Source: Escherichia coli (lineage in GTDB: Bacteria; Pseudomonadota; Gammaproteobacteria; Enterobacterales; Enterobacteriaceae). Taken from it: 64,000 nt of DNA. Position 1 is the first letter of the stretch; each line of letters starts with the position of its first letter. Location of the stretch: assembly GCF_003991155.1 (NCBI RefSeq), contig NZ_CP031293.1, one strand, 5' to 3'. The position numbers and the translations under genes were made by a program. The notes beneath the pieces are model-generated. The model saw only the letters and a program-made list of their open reading frames with translations. It made no database searches and was not told the origin of the DNA. This document shows positions 1 through 10,408 of this stretch, in pieces.

Positions 1-1961
1 ACCGCCTTATTTTAATCCATAGCAAAGATAATCCTTGCTTATCGATTGGCTCAGGTATAGCGGATATCGATATGTTCCGCGGTAATTTCAGCATTAAAGA
101 TAAATTGCAGGAGAAAATTGCGCTTACCGACGCCATCGTCAGCCAGTCACCGGATGGCTGGTTAATCCATTTCAGCCGTGGTTCTGACATTAGCGCCACG
201 CTGCGTATCTCTGCCGACGATCAGGGCCGTTTATTGCTGGAACTACAAAACGACAACCTTAACCACAACCGTATCTGGCTGCGCCTTGCCGCTCAACCAG
301 AGGACCATATCTACGGCTGCGGTGAACAATTCTCCTACTTTGATCTGCGCGGCAAACCGTTCCCGCTATGGACCAGTGAACAAGGCGTTGGTCGCAACAA
401 GCAAACCTATGTCACCTGGCAGGCCGACTGCAAAGAGAACGCGGGCGGCGACTATTACTGGACTTTCTTCCCGCAGCCTACGTTTGTCAGCACGCAGAAG
501 TATTACTGCCATGTTGATAACAGTTGCTACATGAACTTCGACTTTAGCGCCCCGGAATACCATGAACTGGCGCTGTGGGAAGACAAAGCAACGCTGCGTT
601 TTGAATGTGCTGATACATACATCTCCCTGCTGGAAAAATTAACTGCCCTGCTGGGACGCCAGCCAGAACTGCCCGACTGGATTTATGACGGGGTAACGCT
701 CGGCATTCAGGGCGGGACTGAAGTGTGCCAGAAGAAACTGGACACCATGCGTAACGCGGGCGTGAAGGTCAACGGCATCTGGGCGCAGGACTGGTCCGGG
801 ATCCGTATGACCTCGTTTGGTAAACGTGTGATGTGGAACTGGAAGTGGAACAGCGAAAACTATCCGCAACTGGATTCGCGTATTAAACAGTGGAACAAAG
901 AAGGCGTGCAGTTCCTCGCCTACATCAACCCGTATGTTGCCAGCGATAAGGACCTCTGCGCCGAGGCGGCTTCACACGGCTATCTGGCAAAAGATGCCTC
1001 TGGCGGTGACTATCTGGTGGAGTTTGGTGAGTTTTATGGCGGCGTTGTCGATTTGACCAATCCTGAAGCCTATTCCTGGTTCAAAGAAGTCATCAAGAAA
1101 AACATGATCGAATTGGGCTGCGGCGGCTGGATGGCAGATTTTGGCGAATACTTGCCGACCGATACGTATCTGCACAACGGCGTCAGTGCCGAAATAATGC
1201 ATAACGCCTGGCCTGCGCTGTGGGCGAAATGTAACTACGAAGCCCTTGAAGAAACGGGCAAGCTCGGCGAGATCCTCTTCTTTATGCGCGCCGGTTCTAC
1301 CGGTAGCCAGAAATACTCCACCATGATGTGGGCGGGCGACCAGAACGTTGACTGGAGTCTGGACGATGGCCTGGCGTCTGTCGTCCCGGCGGCGCTGTCG
1401 CTGGCAATGACCGGACATGGCCTGCATCACAGTGATATTGGCGGTTACACCACCCTGTTTGAGATGAAGCGCAGCAAAGAGCTGCTGCTGCGCTGGTGCG
1501 ATTTCAGCGCCTTCACGCCGATGATGCGCACCCACGAAGGCAACCGTCCTGGCGACAACTGGCAGTTTGACGGCGACGCGGAAACTATCGCCCATTTTGC
1601 CCGTATGACCACAGTCTTCACCACGCTGAAACCTTACCTGAAAGAGGCCGTCGCGCTGAATGCGAAGTCCGGCCTGCCGGTTATGCGCCCGCTGTTCCTG
1701 CATTACGAAGACGACGCGCAGACCTACACCCTGAAATATCAGTACCTGTTAGGCCGCGACATTCTGGTCGCTCCGGTGCATGAAGAAGGCCGTAGCGACT
1801 GGACGCTCTATCTGCCGGAGGATAACTGGGTCCATGCCTGGACGGGTGAAGCGTTCCGGGGCGGGGAAGTTACCGTTAATGCGCCCATCGGTAAACCGCC
1901 GGTCTTTTATCGCGCCGATAGCGAATGGGCGGCACTGTTCGCGTCGTTAAAAAGCATCTAA
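1..1961 (+). CDS. yihQ: Sulfoquinovosidase / GH31 alpha-glucosidase, 5' end truncated by window edge
   Basis: ORF 72..1961; reading frame stays open back to position 3; protein matches GH31 YihQ as recalled; followed by yihP and yihO as in K-12. Confidence 0.85.
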   Translation, partial: RLILIHSKDNPCLSIGSGIADIDMFRGNFSIKDKLQEKIALTDAIVSQSPDGWLIHFSRGSDISATLRISADDQGRLLLELQNDNLNHNRIWLRLAAQPEDHIYGCGEQFSYFDLRGKPFPLWTSEQGVGRNKQTYVTWQADCKENAGGDYYWTFFPQPTFVSTQKYYCHVDNSCYMNFDFSAPEYHELALWEDKATLRFECADTYISLLEKLTALLGRQPELPDWIYDGVTLGIQGGTEVCQKKLDTMRNAGVKVNGIWAQDWSGIRMTSFGKRVMWNWKWNSENYPQLDSRIKQWNKEGVQFLAYINPYVASDKDLCAEAASHGYLAKDASGGDYLVEFGEFYGGVVDLTNPEAYSWFKEVIKKNMIELGCGGWMADFGEYLPTDTYLHNGVSAEIMHNAWPALWAKCNYEALEETGKLGEILFFMRAGSTGSQKYSTMMWAGDQNVDWSLDDGLASVVPAALSLAMTGHGLHHSDIGGYTTLFEMKRSKELLLRWCDFSAFTPMMRTHEGNRPGDNWQFDGDAETIAHFARMTTVFTTLKPYLKEAVALNAKSGLPVMRPLFLHYEDDAQTYTLKYQYLLGRDILVAPVHEEGRSDWTLYLPEDNWVHAWTGEAFRGGEVTVNAPIGKPPVFYRADSEWAALFASLKSI

Positions 1962-2006
1962 TCACATCCGCCCGTGGGGAAACTCACGGGCAAAGGGAGA
2001 ACAACG

Positions 2007-3392
2007 ATGAGTCACATCACAACGGAAGATCCAGCAACTTTACGCCTGCCCTTTAAAGAGAAACTCTCTTACGGTATTGGCGACCTGGCCTCTAACATCC
2101 TGCTGGATATTGGTACGCTTTATCTTTTGAAGTTTTATACCGACGTTCTGGGGCTGCCTGGCACCTATGGCGGCATTATCTTTTTGATTTCAAAATTCTT
2201 TACCGCCTTTACCGATATGGGTACCGGCATTATGTTGGATTCCCGACGCAAGATCGGTCCAAAAGGTAAGTTCCGTCCTTTTATTCTGTATGCGTCATTC
2301 CCAGTCACCTTACTGGCGATCGCCAACTTTGTCGGCACACCGTTTGATGTCACCGGTAAAACGGTGATGGCCACCATCCTGTTTATGCTTTACGGACTGT
2401 TTTTCAGCATGATGAACTGTTCCTACGGCGCAATGGTGCCTGCCATCACCAAAAACCCCAACGAGCGCGCATCGTTGGCGGCATGGCGTCAGGGCGGCGC
2501 TACGCTGGGCCTGCTGCTGTGTACGGTGGGATTCGTGCCGGTTATGAATCTTATCGAGGGTAATCAGCAACTTGGCTATATCTTCGCCGCCACGCTGTTT
2601 TCACTGTTCGGCCTGCTGTTTATGTGGATCTGCTATTCGGGCGTGAAAGAGCGTTATGTCGAAACCCAACCTACCAATCCGGCGCAAAAGCCTGGCTTGT
2701 TGCAATCTTTCCGTGCGATTGCCGGTAACCGCCCGCTGTTCATTCTGTGCATTGCCAACCTCTGCACTTTAGGGGCATTTAACGTCAAGCTCGCCATTCA
2801 GGTCTATTACACCCAGTACGTGCTCAACGATCCCATCCTGTTGTCATATATGGGATTTTTCAGCATGGGCTGTATTTTCATCGGCGTGTTCCTGATGCCC
2901 GGCGCAGTCAGACGTTTTGGTAAGAAGAAGGTCTATATCGGCGGCCTGCTGATTTGGGTGCTTGGCGATCTGCTCAACTATTTCTTTGGCGGCGGTTCGG
3001 TCAGCTTCGTGGCGTTCTCCTGCCTGGCATTCTTCGGCTCAGCGTTTGTTAACAGCCTGAACTGGGCGCTGGTTTCCGACACCGTCGAGTACGGCGAGTG
3101 GCGCACCGGTGTGCGTTCGGAAGGTACGGTCTACACCGGTTTCACCTTCTTTCGCAAAGTATCTCAGGCGCTGGCAGGTTTCTTCCCAGGCTGGATGCTG
3201 ACGCAAATCGGCTATGTGCCAAACGTCGCCCAGGCTGACCACACTATCGAAGGGTTGCGCCAACTGATCTTCATCTACCCAAGCGCACTGGCAGTAGTCA
3301 CCATCGTGGCAATGGGTTGCTTCTACAGTCTGAACGAGAAGATGTACGTCCGCATTGTTGAAGAGATAGAAGCCCGTAAACGCACGGCGTAA
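2007..3392 (+). CDS. yihP: GPH-family sugar:cation symporter
   Basis: ORF 1974..3392; start moved to ATG at 2007 (MSHITTED), preceded by GGGAGA RBS; clear paralog of the next ORF. Confidence 0.85.
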   Translation: MSHITTEDPATLRLPFKEKLSYGIGDLASNILLDIGTLYLLKFYTDVLGLPGTYGGIIFLISKFFTAFTDMGTGIMLDSRRKIGPKGKFRPFILYASFPVTLLAIANFVGTPFDVTGKTVMATILFMLYGLFFSMMNCSYGAMVPAITKNPNERASLAAWRQGGATLGLLLCTVGFVPVMNLIEGNQQLGYIFAATLFSLFGLLFMWICYSGVKERYVETQPTNPAQKPGLLQSFRAIAGNRPLFILCIANLCTLGAFNVKLAIQVYYTQYVLNDPILLSYMGFFSMGCIFIGVFLMPGAVRRFGKKKVYIGGLLIWVLGDLLNYFFGGGSVSFVAFSCLAFFGSAFVNSLNWALVSDTVEYGEWRTGVRSEGTVYTGFTFFRKVSQALAGFFPGWMLTQIGYVPNVAQADHTIEGLRQLIFIYPSALAVVTIVAMGCFYSLNEKMYVRIVEEIEARKRTA

Positions 3393-3434
3393 TTATAATA
3401 AACAACGCCCTGCGGGGCGTTATAAGGAGTGATT

Positions 3435-4838
3435 ATGTCTGACCATAATCCACTGACATTAAGACTGAATCTGCGGGAAAAAATCGCCTATGGTATGGGC
3501 GACGTCGGTTCGAATTTAATGCTCTGCATCGGTACTCTGTATCTCCTCAAATTTTATACCGATGAATTAGGGATGCCTGCTTACTATGGCGGGATTATCT
3601 TTCTGGTGGCGAAGTTTTTTACCGCATTTACCGATATGCTCACCGGATTTTTACTCGACTCGCGGAAAAATATTGGGCCTAAAGGCAAATTTCGTCCCTT
3701 TATTTTATATGCAGCGGTTCCGGCGGCGTTAATTGCAACGCTCCAGTTTATCGCCACCACCTTTAGTTTGCCGGTTAAAACGACGATTGCCACCGCACTG
3801 TTTATGATGTTTGGACTTTCATACAGTCTGATGAACTGCTCGTATGGTGCGATGATCCCGGCCATTACCAAAAACCCCAATGAGCGCGCGCAGCTCGCGG
3901 CTTACCGCCAGGGTGGTGCAACCATAGGGCTATTGATTTGTACCGTGGCGTTTATTCCGTTGCAGTCGCTTTTTTCTGACTCAACCGTCGGTTATGCCTG
4001 TGCGGCACTGATGTTCTCCATTGGCGGCTTTATTTTTATGATGCTGTGCTACAGAGGCGTCAAAGAGCATTATGTGGACACGACGCCAACCGGACATAAG
4101 GCCAGTATTCTCAAATCATTTTGCGCGATATTTCATAATCCACCTTTGCTGGTATTGTGCATTGCTAACCTGTGTACTCTGGCGGCATTTAATATCAAAC
4201 TGGCGATTCAGGTCTATTACACCCAGTATGTGCTAAATGATATTAATTTATTGTCGTGGATGGGATTCTTCAGTATGGGATGCATCCTCGTCGGCGTATT
4301 ACTGGTGCCATTAACTGTAAAATATTTTGGTAAAAAACAGGTTTATTTAGCTGGCATGGTGCTGTGGGCGGTTGGTGATATCCTGAATTATTTCTGGGGA
4401 AGTAACTCTTTCACTTTCGTCATGTTCTCTTGTGTCGCCTTTTTTGGCACGGCCTTTGTAAACAGCCTGAACTGGGCACTGGTGCCAGATACCGTAGATT
4501 ACGGTGAATGGAAAACCGGTATTCGTGCCGAAGGTTCTGTTTATACCGGTTATACCTTCTTTCGTAAAATTTCTGCCGCACTTGCTGGCTTCTTGCCAGG
4601 CATTATGCTGACGCAAATAGGTTATGTTCCCAACATCGCGCAAAGTGATGCGACATTACAGGGTTTGCGTCAGCTCATTTTTATCTGGCCTTGTGCACTG
4701 GCAATTATTGCTGCATTGACGATGGGATTCTTTTACACACTCAATGAAAAACGGTTTGCACTGATTATTGAGGAAATTAACCAACGCAAAAATAAAGAAA
4801 TTGAGACAGAAGAAAAAACGGCTTCCGTAACGTTATAA
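3435..4838 (+). CDS. yihO: GPH-family transporter (sulfoquinovose importer in K-12)
   Basis: ORF 3429..4838; ATG at 3435 preceded by AAGGAG; paralogous to yihP. Confidence 0.85.
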   Translation: MSDHNPLTLRLNLREKIAYGMGDVGSNLMLCIGTLYLLKFYTDELGMPAYYGGIIFLVAKFFTAFTDMLTGFLLDSRKNIGPKGKFRPFILYAAVPAALIATLQFIATTFSLPVKTTIATALFMMFGLSYSLMNCSYGAMIPAITKNPNERAQLAAYRQGGATIGLLICTVAFIPLQSLFSDSTVGYACAALMFSIGGFIFMMLCYRGVKEHYVDTTPTGHKASILKSFCAIFHNPPLLVLCIANLCTLAAFNIKLAIQVYYTQYVLNDINLLSWMGFFSMGCILVGVLLVPLTVKYFGKKQVYLAGMVLWAVGDILNYFWGSNSFTFVMFSCVAFFGTAFVNSLNWALVPDTVDYGEWKTGIRAEGSVYTGYTFFRKISAALAGFLPGIMLTQIGYVPNIAQSDATLQGLRQLIFIWPCALAIIAALTMGFFYTLNEKRFALIIEEINQRKNKEIETEEKTASVTL

Positions 4839-4904
4839 ATGTCAATAGCCGCTATTTCCATCCTGGTGGGTGGCGGCCTCCCTACGCTTAAAAATGGACT
4901 TATT

Positions 4905-5597
4905 ATGAAAAAGATTAATGCAATAATTCTATTATCCTCTCTGACCTCTGCCTCGGTATTTGCTGGCGCATACGTCGAAAACAGGGAGGCATATAATCTC
5001 GCCTCCGATCAGGGCGAGGTTATGCTACGTGTGGGTTATAACTTCGATATGGGCGCGGGTATTATGTTAACCAATACCTACACCTTTCAGCGAGAAGATG
5101 AACTCAAACATGGATATAACGAAATCGAAGGTTGGTATCCGTTATTCAAACCAACCGATAAATTAACCATCCAGCCCGGTGGCTTAATTAATGATAAGAG
5201 TATCGGTTCGGGTGGTGCTGTTTATCTGGATGTTAACTACAAATTTACTCCATGGTTTAACCTGACGGTACGTAATCGTTTTAACCATAATAACTATAGC
5301 TCAACCGATTTGAACGGTGATCTGGATAATAATGACAGCTACGAGATTGGCAACTACTGGAACTTTATTATTACCGATAAGTTCTCATATACCTTTGAAC
5401 CGCATTATTTTTATAACATTAATGATTTCAATAGCAGCAATGGTACGAAGCATCACTGGGAAATCACTAACACCTTCCGTTATCGCATTAATGAACACTG
5501 GCTCCCTTATTTCGAATTACGCTGGTTAGATCGTAATGTCGAACCGTACCACCGCGAGCAAAACCAGATTCGTATCGGGACGAAGTATTTCTTCTGA
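4905..5597 (+). CDS. ompL: Outer membrane porin OmpL
   Basis: ORF 4839..5597; true start likely MKKINAIILLSS (signal peptide) at 4905; ends in the aromatic C-terminal residue typical of beta-barrel porins. Confidence 0.85.
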   Translation: MKKINAIILLSSLTSASVFAGAYVENREAYNLASDQGEVMLRVGYNFDMGAGIMLTNTYTFQREDELKHGYNEIEGWYPLFKPTDKLTIQPGGLINDKSIGSGGAVYLDVNYKFTPWFNLTVRNRFNHNNYSSTDLNGDLDNNDSYEIGNYWNFIITDKFSYTFEPHYFYNINDFNSSNGTKHHWEITNTFRYRINEHWLPYFELRWLDRNVEPYHREQNQIRIGTKYFF

Positions 5598-5605
5598 TGT
5601 AAAAC

Positions 5606-5683
5606 TGCCGGATGAGGCGAAAACGCCTTATCCGGCCTACGGTTGATACGGTTTTCGTTGGCCGGATTAAGCCACATCCGGCC
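5606..5683. repeat. REP/BIME elements (two REP units)
   Basis: gccggatgaggcgaaaacgccttatccggcctac and ggccggattaagccacatccggcc: canonical REP palindromes. Confidence 0.75.
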
Positions 5684-5688
5684 ATTAA

Positions 5689-6954
5689 TTAAGCTTCAGC
5701 CGCCAGCATCTCTTTCTTACGTTGGCTAATACGCTTAACCAGCATTACGGAAACCACCGCACCACAGAATGCGAAGCAGGCCATAATGCCAAACACGATT
5801 TTGTAGCCAATAATCCCCGGATTTAAATCCAGAATGTAGCCATACAGACTGAAGCAGAACATCGCCGGGGCGTAACCAATAAAGCTACCCAACGCCATCG
5901 CCGCGCCTGTTTTATTTTCAGCAATTTTTGCTTCGCCGATAGGTGCAAAAAATACGGCTCGCTGTGTAAAGACTATCGCGCCAAAGCCCAGCGTACATGC
6001 CATCCCTAAATAGACCGGCATACTTTCGTGCGGCAGCATAATCAACAGTACGAGCGCAGCGGTACTGATGATAAAGGTGTAGCATAGATATTTACTCGGC
6101 GATTTCAGGATCTTATCTGAAATCATGCCACCAATCGGTCCACCAATCATTTTCAGACAGTATTGGTTAATGATGCCGTAAGCCCCCACCAGCGCAACGG
6201 GCAATAGATAGATGTTTTTCAGGAATGGAATGAAGAATGTCAGGCCACAGTAAACCGCGTAAACGAAGAAGACGTTAAAAGCGATAAGCCAGATGGTTTT
6301 GTCTCTCAGCACCGAGGTCATACTGGTGTTTTGCGATGCTCCGTCTTCTTTTTTCACCTCAACGGACGGTGCCTCTTCTTTGTCATTCAGGACAAAGAAA
6401 ATAATAATGCCTACGGCAATCACAATAAGGGAATAGAACCAGATGCCTGCTTTAAAACCCAATAAGCCACTGCCAAACCAGGTAAATACTGCCAACGCAG
6501 AAAATGCCACCACGGTATCGACAATGCCACGCCCTGTTTCGAAGAAGCCAAACAACCGACCTTGTTGTTCGCTATTGCCCAATCGACTTACCGACTTGAG
6601 CAAGACCGGCCAGTTCATCATGTCGCAAGTAACGCCAAATAGCGCCCAGACAAAGAGGATGCCCCAATACCCCGGCATTGTCGTCAAATAAACACCCAGT
6701 AATCCTGTCGCAATGAGTGAGAATGACATGGTGTATCTGCGCGGTAGTTTATCGGCAAAATAAATAGACAGAAAAAAACCCACTGTCGTGACAAATGAGT
6801 TTACCGACATAGCATTACCAATTTGACCATTGGTCAAATGGAAATATTCCTGCATCGGGATATAAAACGCATCTTTCAGCGACGGTAATTTATAAATTGT
6901 ACCGCCACACAATGTTAATAGACTAAATAACGCCCATTTCTTTTTCGTGAGCAT
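5689..6954 (-). CDS. yihN: MFS transporter
   Basis: 421-aa ORF, hydrophobic multi-TM protein; position between ompL and yihM as in K-12. Confidence 0.85.
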   Translation of the reverse strand: MLTKKKWALFSLLTLCGGTIYKLPSLKDAFYIPMQEYFHLTNGQIGNAMSVNSFVTTVGFFLSIYFADKLPRRYTMSFSLIATGLLGVYLTTMPGYWGILFVWALFGVTCDMMNWPVLLKSVSRLGNSEQQGRLFGFFETGRGIVDTVVAFSALAVFTWFGSGLLGFKAGIWFYSLIVIAVGIIIFFVLNDKEEAPSVEVKKEDGASQNTSMTSVLRDKTIWLIAFNVFFVYAVYCGLTFFIPFLKNIYLLPVALVGAYGIINQYCLKMIGGPIGGMISDKILKSPSKYLCYTFIISTAALVLLIMLPHESMPVYLGMACTLGFGAIVFTQRAVFFAPIGEAKIAENKTGAAMALGSFIGYAPAMFCFSLYGYILDLNPGIIGYKIVFGIMACFAFCGAVVSVMLVKRISQRKKEMLAAEA

Positions 6955-7055
6955 AACATCCCCTAAGCGATTTTTAAAATCACTGTTTTAAAGGCAATAA
7001 GATACCGACCATTCATATGGAATGGTTTTATTAACTGCGTATGAGTTAAAACTTA

Positions 7056-8036
7056 TTAGTGGTTCAGAAGATGGTTTGCCTCTTGTTTGATTTGTTGTAG
7101 TACGTTACGCACATGATTTATCTGATTAATTGCATCTTCTTTTTCTTTACGTAACCGCGCATCCAGTAAATGATTTTCTGGCAATGGTGTTTCACTCATC
7201 TGGCGATAAGGGATCCACGGATTATCATCTTCGTCTTCAAAGCGGAACGCCGGCGCATAGTAATCAACCTCTTCTTCCAGGCCATATGCCGTCACCTGCG
7301 GCTCATCATCACCCAGGCATATAAGGTGCGTTAATAACGCTTTGAACGGCATATCACCCTGACCTGAAATACAGGCTTTATGACCCAGGCCACCCGGTTC
7401 TTTAACGATCAAGGCATCTTTGATATGGACCTGGGTAATATGCGGTGCCATCGTTTTTAAAGCGTCGATGGGATGCTCATTTGCATTGATCATGTTCGCA
7501 AAATCAAACAGTAAGGAAAGAGATTCCATCTCACTTTCTTTGACCAGCGACACCAGCTCATGACTTTTTAAATCTTCATGCTGCTCGATCGTAAAAGTCA
7601 GGCCGCTGTCCTGATACGTTTCCCGTACATAGGCAATGTCGTTAGCGATAATCGATAATACATCGCGCAAATTACCTTCATAACGCGGATAAAAACGTAC
7701 GGAGGATGCCCCAGTTTTCAACGCGATGGCGACGGCTTCGTCAATAGATTTTTTATCTGAGGCGCTGGTTTCAATATGAATATCAAGGTTCAGACGGCGG
7801 GCTTTATCCCCAAAGGCAGAGAGTTCTTTATCGTCCATATTACCAAGAGAAAAACGCTCTCCATCCAGAACATGGATTTTGACGCCACGTAGATTATTTT
7901 CACTTGCGATATCAAGTAAATCAGCAGGCAACACTCTTTCCAGTCGCATATTTAAATGAAAGGCATAAGCATGTAAATAAAGAGGAAGAGTGTCGACACG
8001 TTGTAGAATCTTTCTTGCGTTATTTATTGTCACCAT
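7056..8036 (-). CDS. yihM: Sugar-phosphate isomerase/epimerase-like (TIM-barrel) protein
   Basis: 326-aa ORF; conserved synteny with yihL and yihN. Confidence 0.8.
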   Translation of the reverse strand: MVTINNARKILQRVDTLPLYLHAYAFHLNMRLERVLPADLLDIASENNLRGVKIHVLDGERFSLGNMDDKELSAFGDKARRLNLDIHIETSASDKKSIDEAVAIALKTGASSVRFYPRYEGNLRDVLSIIANDIAYVRETYQDSGLTFTIEQHEDLKSHELVSLVKESEMESLSLLFDFANMINANEHPIDALKTMAPHITQVHIKDALIVKEPGGLGHKACISGQGDMPFKALLTHLICLGDDEPQVTAYGLEEEVDYYAPAFRFEDEDDNPWIPYRQMSETPLPENHLLDARLRKEKEDAINQINHVRNVLQQIKQEANHLLNH

Positions 8037-8043
8037 AAAACAC

Positions 8044-8754
8044 CTACAGATTAATGATGAGGTCTACGGCCTCAAATCGCCAATATTCAATATCTATCTG
8101 GACAATATTGCCCTGCTGGTCGGCGCGATGCTTTTCAATTAAGATCGCTGGCATACCCGCAGAACCGCCAAGATACTTGCTGATATCGCCCGGCATTCTG
8201 ACGGGTTTGAAAATCAATTTTTTTACTACCGTCTCTTTTTGGTAGCACTTTTCCCAGACTGCAGAAAATGAGTGGTTTTCAAGTTGTTCAATAAAACCCG
8301 GGGCAACTTCAGGATTAATATATGTTTCGTGATAGAAAACTTTATGTCCTTCCAGCGCCCCCCAGCCGGTGATGCGATAGAGTTCAGTTGATGGTGTCAC
8401 TGCAATCAGTGGCGCGAGCGTCTCGGGAATATCGCTGGTACGGTTTTTCTCGGTAAACCCCCAGGAAGGCTCTCGTCCTTGCTCAATTGCGGCCCGCTGA
8501 AAGCTCGCTGACAGCTCCGGACTGTAATTAAATCGCGGCTGGGTCACGAACCACCCCTTACGATCCTTACGGAAGATTTTGGATTCTGCCTCGAGGTTCA
8601 ACAACGCCTGGCGCAGCGTCATACGTTTAATGCCCAGCAGTTCTCCCAGCTCTCTTTCTGAAGGGAGTTTTCCACCCGGCGTGGTGATGCCATCTTTCAA
8701 CCACCGATCCAGTTTCTCTTTTGCATTTTCTACGGTGGATTGATTCTCCGCCAT
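8044..8754 (-). CDS. yihL: GntR-family transcriptional regulator
   Basis: 236-aa ORF with N-terminal wHTH motif (ERELGELLGIKRMTLRQAL) and C-terminal effector domain. Confidence 0.85.
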   Translation of the reverse strand: MAENQSTVENAKEKLDRWLKDGITTPGGKLPSERELGELLGIKRMTLRQALLNLEAESKIFRKDRKGWFVTQPRFNYSPELSASFQRAAIEQGREPSWGFTEKNRTSDIPETLAPLIAVTPSTELYRITGWGALEGHKVFYHETYINPEVAPGFIEQLENHSFSAVWEKCYQKETVVKKLIFKPVRMPGDISKYLGGSAGMPAILIEKHRADQQGNIVQIDIEYWRFEAVDLIINL

Positions 8755-8932
8755 TGTTTAATCCTTTTGGTTTAAACCAGATGAAGCATCTTACGCTTAC
8801 GCCAAAAAAGAAAGCAATTAACGGTGTATGACTTTGCAGATAATTGTGACAAAGCTCTCTATTGACGTAATCACAGACTTATAAGGGAGATACTCGCATT
8901 GGTGTGCGCTCACGACAGGTAAAAAAAAACCT

Positions 8933-8944
8933 GCCAGCGATGGC
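8933..8944. repeat. Target-site duplication (left copy), gccagcgatggc
   Basis: Exact 12-bp direct repeat flanking the IS at 8933-8944 and 10371-10382. Confidence 0.8.
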
Positions 8945-10370
8945 TAATGCCAGTCAGTTAAGCAACTGACTGGCTCTTTTTCGGGGCTGTGGGGTATTTC
9001 CAGGGCCTCTCCTTTACCACTCTCGGGAAGGCCCTTTCCCTTCTTGTCGGTAATTTCACAAGTTGTCCCATACTTGCAAGATCGCGCATCAGCTCCGGTA
9101 TACGTCCCGGTGAAGCGCCCTGCAATGTCATCAGCATTCTCATCACCATTCCGCATGATTCTGAGAAACTCAGTTGATTCGGCCAGTAACCTTTCAGATG
9201 TTCCGCCATTTTAATCATCTGATATCTCACCAGATTATAAGCCAGTAAGACACCCCACAGCTCTTGCTCCACAAGCTCCGGTTTTTTACTTCTCAGCGTC
9301 AGCCTGCTCAGTTGCATCGTCTGTTTTATCTCCCTGTATCCCAGTTCGATTTCCCAGCGATGACTGTACAGATCCGCCATTTCTCCTCCGGGGAAGCGCA
9401 TGGCGTCCGTCATCGACGTCAGCAGATGGCAGACTTTTCCTTTGCGCGTCACGGTCAGCAGGCGGGCTGTCACTTCATTTCCCAGTCCCGGCCACTTTTT
9501 TCGTGCCTGCGGGCTGGTTTTCAGCTTCACCAGATGATCGCCTTTACCCAGTTTTCTGATCTCTTCATATTGCGCTCCCTTTCTGAGAGGTATCATCCAG
9601 TGGCGGTGTTCTCCCGCCAGGCTCCAGGCATTTAACAGTCCCAGTGAGTAATAACCTTTATCCATTAACGTCAGAGTGTTATCGCCGGTTTGTTCTATAA
9701 GTTGCTCAGCAAGCTCATTTTCGCTGTTCTTCATCGTGCCGAAGGCTGCAGCCGTCAGCAGATGGCTGGTCAGTTCCATCTGGCAGACCATTTTGACCTG
9801 CGGGTAGAGCGCCGGGTTCCCGGCATGTGTCTGGCGGGGGAAGGCTGCATCGTTCTCTGGTGTATCCGGTGTGCGCCAGAACACACCATCGATGGCCAGC
9901 AAGGTCAGGCCGCACCAGTGCGGATGCGGCGTGGCGTTATGCCAGAGCTGCGCTGTTTTCGTGAACACGCGGCGGACAGCCTCACTTCCCAGGCGCTGGC
10001 GGGCCTGAATAACGGCACTGGGGGCAACGAAGGGGCGATTGCCCGGCAGCATGATGTCCAGGCGATTCACAATCTGGTGAAGAGGTTCTTTACGCTCAAG
10101 CGCCATGCCAACAATACACCAGACCATCATTTCGAGGGGAAGACGGCGCTTGCGTAGCGTTACAGTACCTGATTCGGCAAGGCAACGAGAGATGAGTTCG
10201 GGGTCGAGGTAATCCCCCAGAGAAGTCAGTGGGTTACGCAGAGAATCGTAACGGGATACCAGATCAAGAGCCTGTCCAATGTGCATAAAAAAATCCGGAA
10301 ACAAGTGAGCGTTTCCGGATTCTTACACAGCCACTGGATCGGTCAACTGATCCTTAACTGATCGGCATTA
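8945..10370 (-). mobile_element. IS4-type insertion sequence, 1426 bp, apparently intact
   Basis: Single long transposase ORF; imperfect terminal inverted repeats TAATGCCAGTCAGTTAAG (left) and CTTAACTGATCGGCATTA (right, i.e. TAATGCCGATCAGTTAAG in reverse complement); flanked by 12-bp direct repeat; length matches IS4 as recalled. Confidence 0.85.
8958..10286 (-). CDS. insG: IS4-family (DDE) transposase, 442 aa
   Basis: ORF 8958..10304 (track start is TTG); first ATG gives [16 protein letters not shown]...; sequence recognised as the E. coli IS4 transposase. Confidence 0.85.
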   Translation of the reverse strand: MHIGQALDLVSRYDSLRNPLTSLGDYLDPELISRCLAESGTVTLRKRRLPLEMMVWCIVGMALERKEPLHQIVNRLDIMLPGNRPFVAPSAVIQARQRLGSEAVRRVFTKTAQLWHNATPHPHWCGLTLLAIDGVFWRTPDTPENDAAFPRQTHAGNPALYPQVKMVCQMELTSHLLTAAAFGTMKNSENELAEQLIEQTGDNTLTLMDKGYYSLGLLNAWSLAGEHRHWMIPLRKGAQYEEIRKLGKGDHLVKLKTSPQARKKWPGLGNEVTARLLTVTRKGKVCHLLTSMTDAMRFPGGEMADLYSHRWEIELGYREIKQTMQLSRLTLRSKKPELVEQELWGVLLAYNLVRYQMIKMAEHLKGYWPNQLSFSESCGMVMRMLMTLQGASPGRIPELMRDLASMGQLVKLPTRRERAFPRVVKERPWKYPTAPKKSQSVA

Positions 10371-10382
10371 GCCAGCGATGGC
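10371..10382. repeat. Target-site duplication (right copy), gccagcgatggc
   Basis: Identical to 8933-8944. Confidence 0.8.
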
Positions 10383-10408
10383 AGGTTTTTTATAACTAAA
10401 AAACGAAA

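Noticed and set aside
8928-10387. Apparent ~40-bp inverted repeat flanking the IS, first read as long terminal IRs of a ~1460-bp element
   Set aside because: It resolves into 18-bp IS4 terminal repeats plus a 12-bp near-palindromic target duplication plus the two halves of the disrupted typA terminator; 1426 bp between the duplications matches IS4
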